This document shows positions 39,967-49,668 of a stretch of DNA of 64,000 bases, one piece after another. The number at the start of each line of letters is the position of its first letter. The stretch's first letter is position 1. The notes beneath the pieces were generated by a model. That model had not been told where the DNA came from and did not search any database. It saw only the letters and a program-made list of their open reading frames with translations. Source of the stretch: an uncultured delta proteobacterium (GTDB taxonomy: Bacteria > Desulfobacterota > Binatia > UBA9968). The DNA lies in contig CAVYTU010000017.1 of NCBI GenBank assembly GCA_963771465.1, forward strand, positions 768,001 through 832,000, written 5' to 3'. A program made the translations under genes and the position numbers.

Positions 39967-40647
39967 ATGATTCAAGAAACTCCCGAAGCCGAACGGTTCA
40001 AACAGCAAATGCGCGATTCGTTGCAGCATGAGACGGTGAAATCTCGTGTTACGACGATCCCGCGGCACGCGAATATTTACACCTGTGGCGATCAAGACGA
40101 GATGGTCTATTTCATTGAGAGCGGCCAGATCAAACTGCTGCTACTCTCGCCCGCAGGTAAAGAGTGTCTCTTGGCCATCCATAGCGGCGGCGATATTTTT
40201 GGCGAGCTCTGTTTGTCCGGGCTCGGGGCGCGTCAGGAAACCGCGACTGCGATGAAAGCGACGAAAGTAAAACAAATACCCTGTGCTCAGTTCTTTGCGC
40301 GTCTGCAAAAGGACTCGTTGTTCGAAGGCTTCGTCCGCTACTTAGCTGTGCGGATTGCCGACCAACAGCAGGTTATCGCCAATTTGGTGACGGTGGACAG
40401 CGAGCAGAGGTTGGGCAAGACGTTGTTACAGTTGGCTCGAACCCTCGGCAAAAAAGACCCGCGCAGCATTCGCATCGAACTGAAGATTACCCATGAGGAA
40501 CTGTCCGGAATGGTCGGCACGACGCGGCCAAGGATCAGCTTGTTCATGCAGAGATTTCGCAACTTGGGATTGATCGAAACCAATAGCGATCATTTTCTCA
40601 TCATCAAGGAACACAAGCTGACCGATTACCTCGCGCAGATTGCCTAG
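39967..40647 (+). CDS. Crp/Fnr family transcriptional regulator, copy B
   Basis: GDIFGELCL, ITHEELSGMVGTTRPRIS; highly similar to copy A. Confidence 0.92.
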   Translation: MIQETPEAERFKQQMRDSLQHETVKSRVTTIPRHANIYTCGDQDEMVYFIESGQIKLLLLSPAGKECLLAIHSGGDIFGELCLSGLGARQETATAMKATKVKQIPCAQFFARLQKDSLFEGFVRYLAVRIADQQQVIANLVTVDSEQRLGKTLLQLARTLGKKDPRSIRIELKITHEELSGMVGTTRPRISLFMQRFRNLGLIETNSDHFLIIKEHKLTDYLAQIA

Positions 40648-40709
40648 ATTGACTGTGCATTCCGCGTGATGAGTCTTATACTGAATTCTGGTCATTCGAG
40701 TTTCACCCT

Positions 40710-40753
40710 GAACAAGTCCGGACACCCCGAACAAGTCCGAACACTTCGAACAG
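40710..40753. repeat. Short 19-nt-period tandem repeat
   Basis: GAACAAGTCCGGACACCCC / GAACAAGTCCGAACACTTC / GAACAG. Confidence 0.55.
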
Positions 40754-41075
40754 CAACACCTTCGCGCTGCCGGTGGAGATGACGATCATCATTCAAGTGA
40801 ATTTCTTTGCGGAACCAGACGATCAGTGGATTTATCCCGTCTTGTGCGTCACTGCCCTGCGATCGAGCAGCCCAGGTCAGTCCCAGACCACGTCGGCGTG
40901 TGTCCGCGGCACCCATAGTGCATTGTCGTCTCGCCGTATCAGTGAACTTCCCATAGTGCCTCAAGCGCTGCCATTTAAGCCAAACCAATCGGTGCTGACA
41001 GCCTATCCCATCGCGGGTGCAATCTGTCGAGTTCAAAGAGTGTAAATTCAAGCCTGCCGCTCGCCTGAGTCGGGG

Positions 41076-41200
41076 CAGTCTTTTTGGTCGAATGGCTCGA
41101 CGATTCGGTCGAGCTTACTCTTGATATTCATCGTCGACGCGCCGGTAATCTATCGGAAACTCCAGCTTTCGTTCGTGACAAAACGTGGCACAAATAGTGC
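41076..41200 (+). promoter_or_regulatory. Regulon promoter P7: tandem UAS + sigma54 -24/-12
   Basis: CAGTCT-TTTT-GGTCGA (41076), TCGACG-ATTC-GGTCGA (41097), TGGCACAAATAGTGC (41186). Confidence 0.85.
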
Positions 41201-41257
41201 TCACCATCACTGGTGTAAGAAATAAGATCAGCAAACAGCAAACTAGGAGGAAAGAAG

Positions 41258-41587
41258 ATGATTCAATCGTTAATGAACAAGTCGCCGATGCTAGTGCTGG
41301 CAGGCACGCTTATGGTTGTCGGTTGTTCGGGAGGGCCGCTCACGACCCGTGAAAAGGGCGCCGGGATCGGTGCTGTCGGTGGCGCCGTTGCGGGCGGGCT
41401 TATTGGCGCCGCAGTTGGCCATCCAGGCGCTGGGGCGGCGATAGGCGGTGGTTTGGGCTTGGGCGCGGGTGCTTTGGTCGGTGACCAATTGCAGGGCCAA
41501 GAAAATCGCAGCTCTAGCCAAGACGCACAAATCCAGCAAAACCAATATGAGATCGACCGGTTAAGACGAGAACGCGGAGAATACTAA
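41258..41587 (+). CDS. Glycine-zipper lipoprotein
   Basis: VVGC lipobox; REKGAGIGAVGGAVAGGLIGAAVGHPGAGAAIGG. Confidence 0.85.
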   Translation: MIQSLMNKSPMLVLAGTLMVVGCSGGPLTTREKGAGIGAVGGAVAGGLIGAAVGHPGAGAAIGGGLGLGAGALVGDQLQGQENRSSSQDAQIQQNQYEIDRLRRERGEY

Positions 41588-41788
41588 AACTGACAGTCGA
41601 TCATCAGATCGGCAGCGGGAGAGAGTTTCGTCCTCCCGCCGCCGATCTCCATGTCTGGATCTACCGGAAGCAGTTTTCCAGAGTGTACCCAACAATAAAT
41701 CAGCACTGCGTGATCGGAAAAAATAAATAGGCACAAGAAAACTCCCTACGGTAGCCACGGGCCACGAGCATTCGAGATTTTACCGGTG

Positions 41789-42937
41789 ATGGAAGTACAG
41801 ACTCACAGCGACGATGCGCCGGAAGTTTCATTGGAAACTGTCGGCGATGGCACGCTCGTCGTGCAACTGTCCGGTAGTTGGCGACTGCAAAACAACACTG
41901 CCTCTGCCAACCCGATCCAAAGCGCAATCGCGACCTCCCATATCCGACGGGTTCGCTTCGATACCAAAGCACTCTCATCGTGGGACAGCAGCATACTGAT
42001 GTTTTTGCTGAAAGTGACTGAGCTGTGCCGCCAACAGGACATTGTCACCGAGCGCGAAGGATTGCCGAACGGGATTCGGCGACTGCTCGAACTCGCCGAG
42101 ATAGTGCCGGAGCAAAAAGGAGCCAAACAGGCGACGGATCCGCCGTCTTTGTTGGCCCGGGTCGGTAACAGCTCGATCGCTTCTTACATCTCTTTGTCGG
42201 AGATGCTGCACTTTCTCGGCGAAGTGACGTTGGCGTTGGTCAAGCTCGTCAAGATGCGCGCGCGCTATCGAACCACCGATCTGTTCATGATTGTCCAAGA
42301 ATGCGGCCCGCAAGCTCTGCCCATCGTTACACTCATCAGCTTTCTAGTCGGTGCGATCTTGGCATTTGTCGGCGCGGTTCAGTTGCAGCAATTCGGCGCC
42401 CAGATTTATGTGGCGGACCTCGTGGCCATCGCCGTGGTTCGCGATATGGGCGCGATGATGACCGGGATCATCATGGCCGGTCGGACCGGCGCCGCGTTCG
42501 CGGCAAAGCTCGGCACGATGAAAGTGACCCAGGAAATCGACGCATTGATCACGCTGGGATTCTCGCCGCTGGAATTTCTTGTGCTGCCGCGCGTGATCGC
42601 GCTTTTCCTGATGATGCCTTTGTTGTGTCTGTACTCCAACCTGATGGGAATCTTGGGTGGCGCTGCGGTGGGCTTGTGGATGCTCGACCTTTCGTTGACC
42701 ACTTACTACCACCAGACCGTTAATGCAATTAGCTTAACGGCCCTGTTTGGCGGCGTCTTTAAAAGCGTAATTTACGGCGTGCTGATCGCCCTTTCGGGAT
42801 GTCTGCGCGGTATCCAGTGTGGTGCCAGCGCTGCGGCAGTCGGCGAGGCTACGACCTCCGCCGTGGTCACGAGCATCGTTTTTATCGTCGCCGCCTGCGG
42901 TGTCTTGTCCGTGATATTTCATATCATTGGGGTTTGA
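41789..42937 (+). CDS. mlaE: MlaE-family ABC permease with N-terminal STAS-like domain
   Basis: WDSS STAS motif, MAGRTGAAFAAKLGTMKVTQEIDAL, VGEATTSAVV. Confidence 0.9.
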   Translation: MEVQTHSDDAPEVSLETVGDGTLVVQLSGSWRLQNNTASANPIQSAIATSHIRRVRFDTKALSSWDSSILMFLLKVTELCRQQDIVTEREGLPNGIRRLLELAEIVPEQKGAKQATDPPSLLARVGNSSIASYISLSEMLHFLGEVTLALVKLVKMRARYRTTDLFMIVQECGPQALPIVTLISFLVGAILAFVGAVQLQQFGAQIYVADLVAIAVVRDMGAMMTGIIMAGRTGAAFAAKLGTMKVTQEIDALITLGFSPLEFLVLPRVIALFLMMPLLCLYSNLMGILGGAAVGLWMLDLSLTTYYHQTVNAISLTALFGGVFKSVIYGVLIALSGCLRGIQCGASAAAVGEATTSAVVTSIVFIVAACGVLSVIFHIIGV

Positions 42938-42938
42938 G

Positions 42939-43727
42939 ATGAACAGTGAAAGTCCAAACCAAATCGCAGCCGACGCGGCAATTACCGTGCGCAATCTTAC
43001 CCTTGGCTACGGCTCGGTCGTCTTGATGCGCGATCTCAACTTTACGGTCAAGCGGGGAGATGTGTTTATCATCATGGGCGGCAGTGGCTGCGGCAAGAGC
43101 ACGTTGCTGCGCAACATGATCGGTCTGATCGAACCGAGCGAGGGAGAGATCTTCTACGAAAAGGCGAATTTTACCCGCTCGGATGCCGAGGAGCGGCGCA
43201 GTTTTTTTCGTCGCTTTGGCGTCTTGTATCAGAGCGGTGGGCTGTGGAGCTCCTTGACTCTCGCCGAGAACGTCGCACTACCGCTGGAAGAATACACCGA
43301 TCTCGGTCCGAACGAGATTCGCGAGATCGCGGCATTCAAGCTCGCGCTGGTCGGTCTTAACGGCTTTGAAGACTATTACCCGTCGCAGATCAGCGGTGGC
43401 ATGCAGAAGCGCCTGGGATTGGCCCGCGCTATCGCGCTCGACCCCGAGGTGCTTTTCTTTGATGAACCTTCGGCCGGGCTCGATCCCATCAATTCGCGTC
43501 GGCTCGACGACCTGATCTTGGCGGTGCGCGACAGCTTGGGCACGACGGTGGTTGCGGTCACGCACGAGTTGCCAAGTATTTTTGCCATCGGTAATAACAG
43601 CATTTTTCTCGATGCTGAAACTAAAACTGCGATTGCCGGCGGTGATCCCAAGGAACTGCTCGCCCATTGCGAAAATGCCAAGGTGCGAGAATTTCTCACC
43701 CGAGGAGAAGGGCGGCCGGATGAGTAA
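42939..43727 (+). CDS. mlaF: MlaF-family ABC ATPase
   Basis: GGSGCGKST, ISGGMQKR, FDEPSAGLDP. Confidence 0.92.
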   Translation: MNSESPNQIAADAAITVRNLTLGYGSVVLMRDLNFTVKRGDVFIIMGGSGCGKSTLLRNMIGLIEPSEGEIFYEKANFTRSDAEERRSFFRRFGVLYQSGGLWSSLTLAENVALPLEEYTDLGPNEIREIAAFKLALVGLNGFEDYYPSQISGGMQKRLGLARAIALDPEVLFFDEPSAGLDPINSRRLDDLILAVRDSLGTTVVAVTHELPSIFAIGNNSIFLDAETKTAIAGGDPKELLAHCENAKVREFLTRGEGRPDE

Positions 43728-44721
43728 AAAAGCCAATCCGACGCTCATCGGTGCCTTCGTGGTCGGCGCCATCTTTTTGGTTGTCGGCGCGGTTACGATC
43801 CTGGGCTCGGGGCGGCTGTTCCACAAAACCTATGAGTTTGTCCTCTACTTCGAAGGCTCGGTAAGCGGCCTACGAGAAGGCGCGCCGGTGAAGTACAAGG
43901 GCGTCGAAATCGGCGCGGTTACCAAGATCGTACTGCAACTCGATAACGGTGCGGAGACTAATCGAATTCCGGTAATTATCAAACTCGATGCCAAAAAGAT
44001 CAGCGGCAGGGGAGTCGGCGGCAATTTGACAGATCCAGCCGGGCTCAAAGCGGCAATCGACCGGGGGCTGCGCGGGCAATTGCAGACCGAAAGTATCGTT
44101 ACCGGTGTGCTGTTCGTGGCGCTCGATCTTGATCCTGATAGCCCGGCTAAATTCGTTCAGTCAGCGGGCTCACGGTATCAGGAAATCCCGACGGTCTCGA
44201 CGACGCTGCAAAAAGCGCAAGATATCCTCGGCAAGCTGCTTGCCAAGCTCGATGATGTTGATTTCAAACAGTTACTCACCTCCATTACTGACGCGGTTAA
44301 AAATATCGAAGGGCTGGCGAATAACAAGGATCTGCGGGAAACCTTTGCCGGGGTCAATCAATTAGTCAATAAGCCTGAGTTGCATGCGGCCATCCGCTCT
44401 CTCGATCAAACGGTGGTGAAAATTTCTCAAGCCGCCGACGGCGTTCACACGGTTGCCGGAAGTTTAGATCGCGGCGTCGCTACGCTCTCGGCAGATTTGA
44501 AAGAGACGCTGACCGGCGTTCGTGATGCGGTCAAGCAGATCCAGGTCACGGTGGCAAACGTGGACGGCTTCGTCGACCCGAACTCGCCGACCGCTTATGA
44601 ATTGACCAAAGCTGTGAAAGAGTTTACCGGCGCGGCGCGGTCGCTCAGACTAATGGCCGATTTTATCGAACGGAATCCTCGGGCGCTCTTATTCGGTAGG
44701 GCGGAAAGCGAGAAAAAATAA
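43720..44721 (+). CDS. mlaD: MCE/MlaD (PqiB-like) protein
   Basis: MSKKANPTLIGAFVVG, GLREGAPVKYKGVEIG, ERNPRALLFGR. Confidence 0.9.
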   Translation: MSKKANPTLIGAFVVGAIFLVVGAVTILGSGRLFHKTYEFVLYFEGSVSGLREGAPVKYKGVEIGAVTKIVLQLDNGAETNRIPVIIKLDAKKISGRGVGGNLTDPAGLKAAIDRGLRGQLQTESIVTGVLFVALDLDPDSPAKFVQSAGSRYQEIPTVSTTLQKAQDILGKLLAKLDDVDFKQLLTSITDAVKNIEGLANNKDLRETFAGVNQLVNKPELHAAIRSLDQTVVKISQAADGVHTVAGSLDRGVATLSADLKETLTGVRDAVKQIQVTVANVDGFVDPNSPTAYELTKAVKEFTGAARSLRLMADFIERNPRALLFGRAESEKK

Positions 44722-45353
44722 TGACTGGGGTGACGAGAAGGATTCTAGCAATCGTCGCGGTGTGGGTTTGGTTTGGCGGTTGTGCCACCTTCGCCCCGCG
44801 AGCCGATCCGTCAAGTTTCTATGTCCTTGACGCTCTACCCGAGGCAGACTTGCTGGTAGAGATTAGCACAGCCGGCGTCAATGCCAATTTTACCGTAGGC
44901 CTTGGCACCATTGAATTACCCGGTTACCTCGACCGCCAACAGATCGTCACCCGCACTTCCAACAATCGATTGAGCTATTCCGAGAACGACCGTTGGGCCA
45001 CGCCGTTAGCCGAAAACTTCAGTCGCGTTTTGGGGCAAAATATTTCGCATCTTCTTAAACCCGCGCAAATGATCCAGTTCCCCGGGCAAAGTACCGACGT
45101 ACCGGATTACCAGGTGAAAATAGAGGTGATCCAATTCGAGGCCAACAGCGATCAGCAGGTTTGGCTGATCGCGCGCTGGAGCGTGATCGACAGAAGCAAA
45201 AAAATTCTGGTCCACCAAAGATCGCAACTGAATCGGCGCGCCGGATCGTCAGCCACCGAAGATTTCGTGAAAGGGTTGAGTGCGACACTCGGGGATCTGA
45301 GCCGTGAAATCGTAAAAACTTTACTGTCTTTGGAGAAGCAGGATAAAACGTAG
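44721..45353 (+). CDS. PqiC-like ABC auxiliary lipoprotein
   Basis: FGGC lipobox; LPGYLDRQQIVTR...DRWATPL. Confidence 0.85.
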   Translation: MTGVTRRILAIVAVWVWFGGCATFAPRADPSSFYVLDALPEADLLVEISTAGVNANFTVGLGTIELPGYLDRQQIVTRTSNNRLSYSENDRWATPLAENFSRVLGQNISHLLKPAQMIQFPGQSTDVPDYQVKIEVIQFEANSDQQVWLIARWSVIDRSKKILVHQRSQLNRRAGSSATEDFVKGLSATLGDLSREIVKTLLSLEKQDKT

Positions 45354-45513
45354 ATCCCCACCCGTTCTCTTCGGAAGTCTACGGTTGCGTATAGCGCACT
45401 TTTTTTCTCGACTTGTCTCGTATTGAACAGCAAAGTTTAGCGAGCCTTTATACGCTCATGGTCGGGAAAAATCGGAACGATTCAGTATAAGTAATAATCA
45501 AGGAGAAATCGCC

Positions 45514-45687
45514 ATGTCATTTGGAATCTATCTCGTCGGATACATCATACTGATCGCTGGGCTGGCGATCGGAGCCAATCTACTCAACGTGCCGATGCAG
45601 TGGATCGGCGTGGCCATTCTCTGTATGGTCGGCATAGCAATCGTCCATGGCGTGACGGCGACCCGACAAAAGGATCCTCAGTCGTAG
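45514..45687 (+). CDS. 57-aa two-TM small membrane protein
   Basis: RBS AAGGAG; MSFGIYLVGYIILIAGLAIGANLLNVPMQWIGVAILCMVGIAIVHGVTATRQKDPQS*. Confidence 0.75.
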   Translation: MSFGIYLVGYIILIAGLAIGANLLNVPMQWIGVAILCMVGIAIVHGVTATRQKDPQS

Positions 45688-45798
45688 ATGTAGCAGGATC
45701 TCATTCCGGGCGACTTAGCGACGAGCAGTGGCGGTTAACCTATATGTTTTGCTTGAGGGAAGACCTAAGGCAAAGCTAGCCAATGTATTTACCGTTCC

Positions 45799-46359
45799 CT
45801 ATTGACCCGATGGCAGATCGAGTCGAACAGTGGCGGTGCCCGATTCTTTCATCTCCAATACTTTTGCCGCTGCCTGCGATAGATCGATGATCCGATTACC
45901 GGCAAAAGGTCCGCGATCGGTAATCTCTACTTCCACTGATTTTCCGTTGGCTAGATTGGTAACTTTTATTTTGCTACCGAAGGGTAGGCTTGGATGCGCG
46001 GCTGTGAGTCCAGCTTGATCATAGATAGATCCGCTAGCCGTCTGTTTGCCTTGATGTTGCGCTCCATACCACGAAGCTTCCCCGGTTTGTGGCAGTTTCG
46101 CGGGGACAGTGGGACTTGTTTTAGCCGTCGGTTGAACTGGCGCAACCGGGCTCGGCGCAGGTTGGACACCGCCTGAAGACTTGGGAGCGGCCGGTTGCGC
46201 CGGGGTTTCGCTCGGCGCGGCGGTTTCCGCCGGACGTTGCAGCAATGCGCAGCCGTGAAAAAGTAGCACACCAAAGCAGAGCGCTAACCGGCTCAGGCGC
46301 CGTCCGTAACAACCACAAAGCAGCGATCTGATTAGCGACAAATATTTAGATTTCGCCAT
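45799..46359 (-). CDS. rlpA: RlpA-family lytic transglycosylase lipoprotein (DPBB)
   Basis: GEASWYG, TAAHPSLPFG, DRGPF, RIIDLS. Confidence 0.9.
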   Translation of the reverse strand: MAKSKYLSLIRSLLCGCYGRRLSRLALCFGVLLFHGCALLQRPAETAAPSETPAQPAAPKSSGGVQPAPSPVAPVQPTAKTSPTVPAKLPQTGEASWYGAQHQGKQTASGSIYDQAGLTAAHPSLPFGSKIKVTNLANGKSVEVEITDRGPFAGNRIIDLSQAAAKVLEMKESGTATVRLDLPSGQ

Positions 46360-46610
46360 CGGTTTGTATCCTCTCCTGCTAGCGAGGTTATGCGTGCGGG
46401 ATGAGAAAATTTCTCACTCGTATTATGGCATTTTGCCGCGCTTAACAAGGGAAACTGTGCAATCGGCAGGAGGGGTGGCAGTAGATTATTTTTCACCTTC
46501 GTTCAGTATTAGACAGCAACACCCGCCGAGTGAGCGCAGGATGAATCTCGATAGACTCTGGGGATTCAGCCTCAGAGTACATTTGGCGCAAAAGAGAGAA
46601 GGATAAACAT

Positions 46611-46961
46611 ATGTTGGTATTACTCGTGGCAGTTATTTCCGGGATCGCGATCGCTTACTTTGGAATGCAAAACATTGCGCCGGTTACGATCCGACTCAAT
46701 GAATTTGTCTGGAATGATGTCCCGCTCTATCTGGTCATCGTCGGGTCGTTGTTTGTCGGCCTTTTCATCGCATGGATTCTCTATTTTGCTAGATCGGTTT
46801 CCTCGACGCTGACGATCTATGGAAAAGATCGCGCGATGAAAAAAGCCAAACATACGATGGCCGATCTGGAACATCGGGTGCACGAACTCGAAGCCGAAAA
46901 GGCGCAACTAAAAAAGGAACTCTCATCTCCGTCTGAAATTCCGCACCATACACTGAGGTAA
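46611..46961 (+). CDS. LapA-family membrane protein
   Basis: FGMQNIAPVTI...VPLYLVIVGSLFVG plus C-terminal coiled coil. Confidence 0.75.
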   Translation: MLVLLVAVISGIAIAYFGMQNIAPVTIRLNEFVWNDVPLYLVIVGSLFVGLFIAWILYFARSVSSTLTIYGKDRAMKKAKHTMADLEHRVHELEAEKAQLKKELSSPSEIPHHTLR

Positions 46962-47186
46962 TATTAAGTTGGTCAACCGGTCGCCGTTGTGTCGAGTCCG
47001 TCCGACGGTCGGTGCCGTTAAGAGATATAGCCGCGATCAAGCACCGGCATACTCGCTAAAATTTTTTTTGCAAAAGTTGCCATGCGCGAAACCAGCGCAA
47101 AAGTCTTTACAACGCCCCCTATTCAGATCCTATACGGCAAACGCATTATGCAAGAAAAAACAGTCGCAGGAACTAAATAGTCTCGT

Positions 47187-47309
47187 TCGACCGTTTGGTC
47201 GAAACTCTCGACGCTTTTGCCGAGCCACGTCTATTGTCCGTCCTGAAGGCCTAAAAATCTAATGGAAATCCAGTGCGTTTCTTTCCAAAGGGTCTGGCAC
47301 ACAACCTGC
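47187..47309 (+). promoter_or_regulatory. Regulon promoter P8: tandem UAS + sigma54 -24/-12
   Basis: TCGACC-GTTT-GGTCGA (47187), TCGACG-CTTT-TGCCGA (47208), TGGCACACAACCTGC (47295). Confidence 0.88.
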
Positions 47310-47326
47310 TGTTACATAGAACTACA

Positions 47327-47575
47327 ATGAAAACCGGCGATTCACTTCGAACTACAATGCCTATTCGGTCGCGGAATACAGGTGTTGTTTTGCCGCGACA
47401 AGGGACATTCATTAGGGACGTCGAAAATTTGGGACGCAAACTGATTCTGGTTGATTTCGGTTCGGCAGGGGAAGAGTACTTACTTCCGAACGAAATATTG
47501 GACGAGCCACGAAGCGTGGAATCGGTAGCCGGGCTTCGGTTGGGAATGCCAAGAGGTTTGAACCCATTGGGTTAA
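47327..47575 (+). CDS. Small hypothetical protein (predicted beta-rich)
   Basis: First ORF after P8; GTFIRDVENLGRKLILVDFGSAGEEYLLPNEI; start uncertain (47327 or 47357). Confidence 0.55.
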   Translation: MKTGDSLRTTMPIRSRNTGVVLPRQGTFIRDVENLGRKLILVDFGSAGEEYLLPNEILDEPRSVESVAGLRLGMPRGLNPLG

Positions 47576-47609
47576 GAGTGACATGGAGAGAAGCAAACGG
47601 AGTAAAAAT

Positions 47610-47750
47610 ATGAATTGTCCGCGCTGCGAAAAATACATTGTGCCTGAGTTTTATTGCATAAACTGTGGCTACGTGCCGCCAAGGATGCAGTACCCCGATC
47701 CGAATAATATCGCTGAACTTGAGATCCCAATGAGCCTCAGCGGACGGTAA
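47610..47750 (+). CDS. 46-aa putative zinc-ribbon protein
   Basis: GGAG RBS; MNCPRCEKYIVPEFYCINCGYVPP (CxxC-x9-CxxC). Confidence 0.55.
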   Translation: MNCPRCEKYIVPEFYCINCGYVPPRMQYPDPNNIAELEIPMSLSGR

Positions 47751-47849
47751 GACATCAAGCTAAGCCTCTCACCTGCGCTTTCTCTGATTAATGTTACGGG
47801 CGTCTGGCTCAAGGTAAATCCGATCAGGCGAAAGAAAGGAGAAACTAAC

Positions 47850-47924
47850 ATGAACAGTATTGTCTATATAGTTGGTCTTGTTGTCGTAGTGCTTTTCGTT
47901 GCCGGCTTTCTTGGACTGAGGTAG
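47850..47924 (+). CDS. 24-aa single-TM membrane peptide, copy B
   Basis: RBS AAAGGAG; MNSIVYIVGLVVVVLFVAGFLGLR*. Confidence 0.8.
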   Translation: MNSIVYIVGLVVVVLFVAGFLGLR

Positions 47925-48081
47925 CCCCGGGGCCTCGCGAATCACGCGGAACTTCACCGATAGTTTTATTTACACCTTTCTAATACTGGACCGCGAGTGG
48001 AAAAACCGCCAGCTAGCACGGAGCTGGAACGGGATTTCATTTTGGCGGATCTACAAAGCGCAGTCGAGGAGGACTACGGTC

Positions 48082-48561
48082 ATGACGATTTCCACAAATG
48101 AAGACGTGATTGCCGGAGACGACCTTACCGTTCATGGAAAAAAGCAGCTTCATACCGACGACATCGCCGGCACGGCGAAGCCGGCTCCCGAAAAATTCAT
48201 CGAGGCGAAACGTAGCGATGGTAACGTTAACACTAAAGTAGATCTCGAACCGCTTTTCGCTGACGGTGTCGACCGGGATTTTCGCAATCGATGGCGCGAT
48301 ATTCAGTCGGGTTTCGTTGACGAGCCGCGCGCGGCCGTAGAGCAGGCCGATCAACTGGTGGCGCAGTTAATGCAGAGATTGGCGCAAAGCTTTTCGGAGC
48401 AGAGAAGCAACCTGGAAAAACAGTGGGAAGCGGCCGAGAAAGTTTCCACTGAAGAGCTGCGGGTAGGGTTCACTCGATATCGCTCTTTTTTTGAACGTCT
48501 CCTTTCTATCAACGGGGCTGACGGGGCAACCACGGCAATTCCTCGCGCGTCAACAGCATAA
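48082..48561 (+). CDS. Conserved hypothetical helical protein
   Basis: RWRDIQSGFVDEPRAAVEQADQLV...STEELRVGFTRYRSFFERLL. Confidence 0.75.
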   Translation: MTISTNEDVIAGDDLTVHGKKQLHTDDIAGTAKPAPEKFIEAKRSDGNVNTKVDLEPLFADGVDRDFRNRWRDIQSGFVDEPRAAVEQADQLVAQLMQRLAQSFSEQRSNLEKQWEAAEKVSTEELRVGFTRYRSFFERLLSINGADGATTAIPRASTA

Positions 48562-48785
48562 CTTTAAAATCCAATGCAACGCCGGCGCGATGCCACTGGT
48601 CGCGACGCCTCTGCACGGAAGGAAAGGCCGCTTAATAAATGTTTTAAGGACCGTTCACTATTGGACAGCAGTGTCTGCCGAATCGGCGTATCTCATCGAA
48701 CAACTGGTGCGCCTAGGGCAGGGACAAATTCGCATGAGTTTGTTTCGAGGATTAACGAGCTATCAGATTCGATACGGAGGTACAG

Positions 48786-49376
48786 ATGGAAACGTTAGAT
48801 ACCCAAACATGGATTATACTTGCTGCGGTTGTAGTCCTTGCATTGGTTGCCCTTGGGGCGTGGATTTTCTACCAAAAAAATCAATCCCACAAGCTCCAAG
48901 ATCGATTCGGGCCGGAGTATGGCCGAACCGTGAATGAATTGGGCAGTCGAACCAAAGCAGAGTCGGAACTTAAGGCGCGCGAAAAGCGCGTCGAGCGGCT
49001 CGAAATCATTGCGCTCGCGCCATCGGAAGCCGCCAGATTCACCGAGGCCTGGCAAGCATTACAGGGCCGATTCGTCGACAACCCCAAGGGAGTGGTTGTC
49101 CAAGCCGAACAGCTGGTTCGTGAGCTGATGGAAAAGCGCGGTTACCCCATGGGTGATTTTGAGCGCCGTGCGGGCGATATTTCGGTCGACCATCCCGACG
49201 TTGTGGCCAATTACCGATTGGCGCAGGCCATCGCTGTGCGCGATCGTCAGGGCACGGCGGACACCGAGGAGCTGCGCAAAGCGGTCGTGCATTACCGTGC
49301 GCTCTTCGATGAGCTGCTCGAGGTGAGGGCGGCGAAGCAAGAAATTATCGTCGAGAAACGCGTTGCGGCGCGCTGA
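48786..49376 (+). CDS. Membrane-anchored conserved hypothetical protein homologous to 48082..48561
   Basis: N-terminal TM, RFGPEY, WQALQGRFVDNP...DTEELRKAVVHYRALFDELL. Confidence 0.8.
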   Translation: METLDTQTWIILAAVVVLALVALGAWIFYQKNQSHKLQDRFGPEYGRTVNELGSRTKAESELKAREKRVERLEIIALAPSEAARFTEAWQALQGRFVDNPKGVVVQAEQLVRELMEKRGYPMGDFERRAGDISVDHPDVVANYRLAQAIAVRDRQGTADTEELRKAVVHYRALFDELLEVRAAKQEIIVEKRVAAR

Positions 49377-49403
49377 AAAAAGCAGCCTGGTTAGGAGAAT
49401 CCC

Positions 49404-49619
49404 ATGGAACGAACGTACAAGAAAATTGAAATCGTCGGCATGTCTGAGACCAGCTTCGGCGAGGCCACTCAAAACGCTGTGGCGAAGGCCTGTCAGTCGC
49501 TACGCCACGTCGACTGGTTCGAAGTGACCGAAATGCGCGGGCTGGTTGAGAAAGACAAAGTCAAAGAATTCCAGGTCACCGTGAAGATCGGGTTTCGCCT
49601 GGAAGACCAGCCGGCATGA
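49404..49619 (+). CDS. Dodecin (flavin-binding)
   Basis: TYKKIEIVGMS...SLRHVDWFEV...FQVTVKIGFRL. Confidence 0.93.
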   Translation: MERTYKKIEIVGMSETSFGEATQNAVAKACQSLRHVDWFEVTEMRGLVEKDKVKEFQVTVKIGFRLEDQPA

Positions 49620-49668
49620 ACCGCAGATGACGAAACTACGAAAAACCGTCGAGAACGCCTGCGCCAGA

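Noticed and set aside
46981-47017. TCGCCG...TGTCGA...CCGACG resembling another UAS pair
   Set aside because: Poor match and spacing, and no -24/-12 element about 110 bp downstream.
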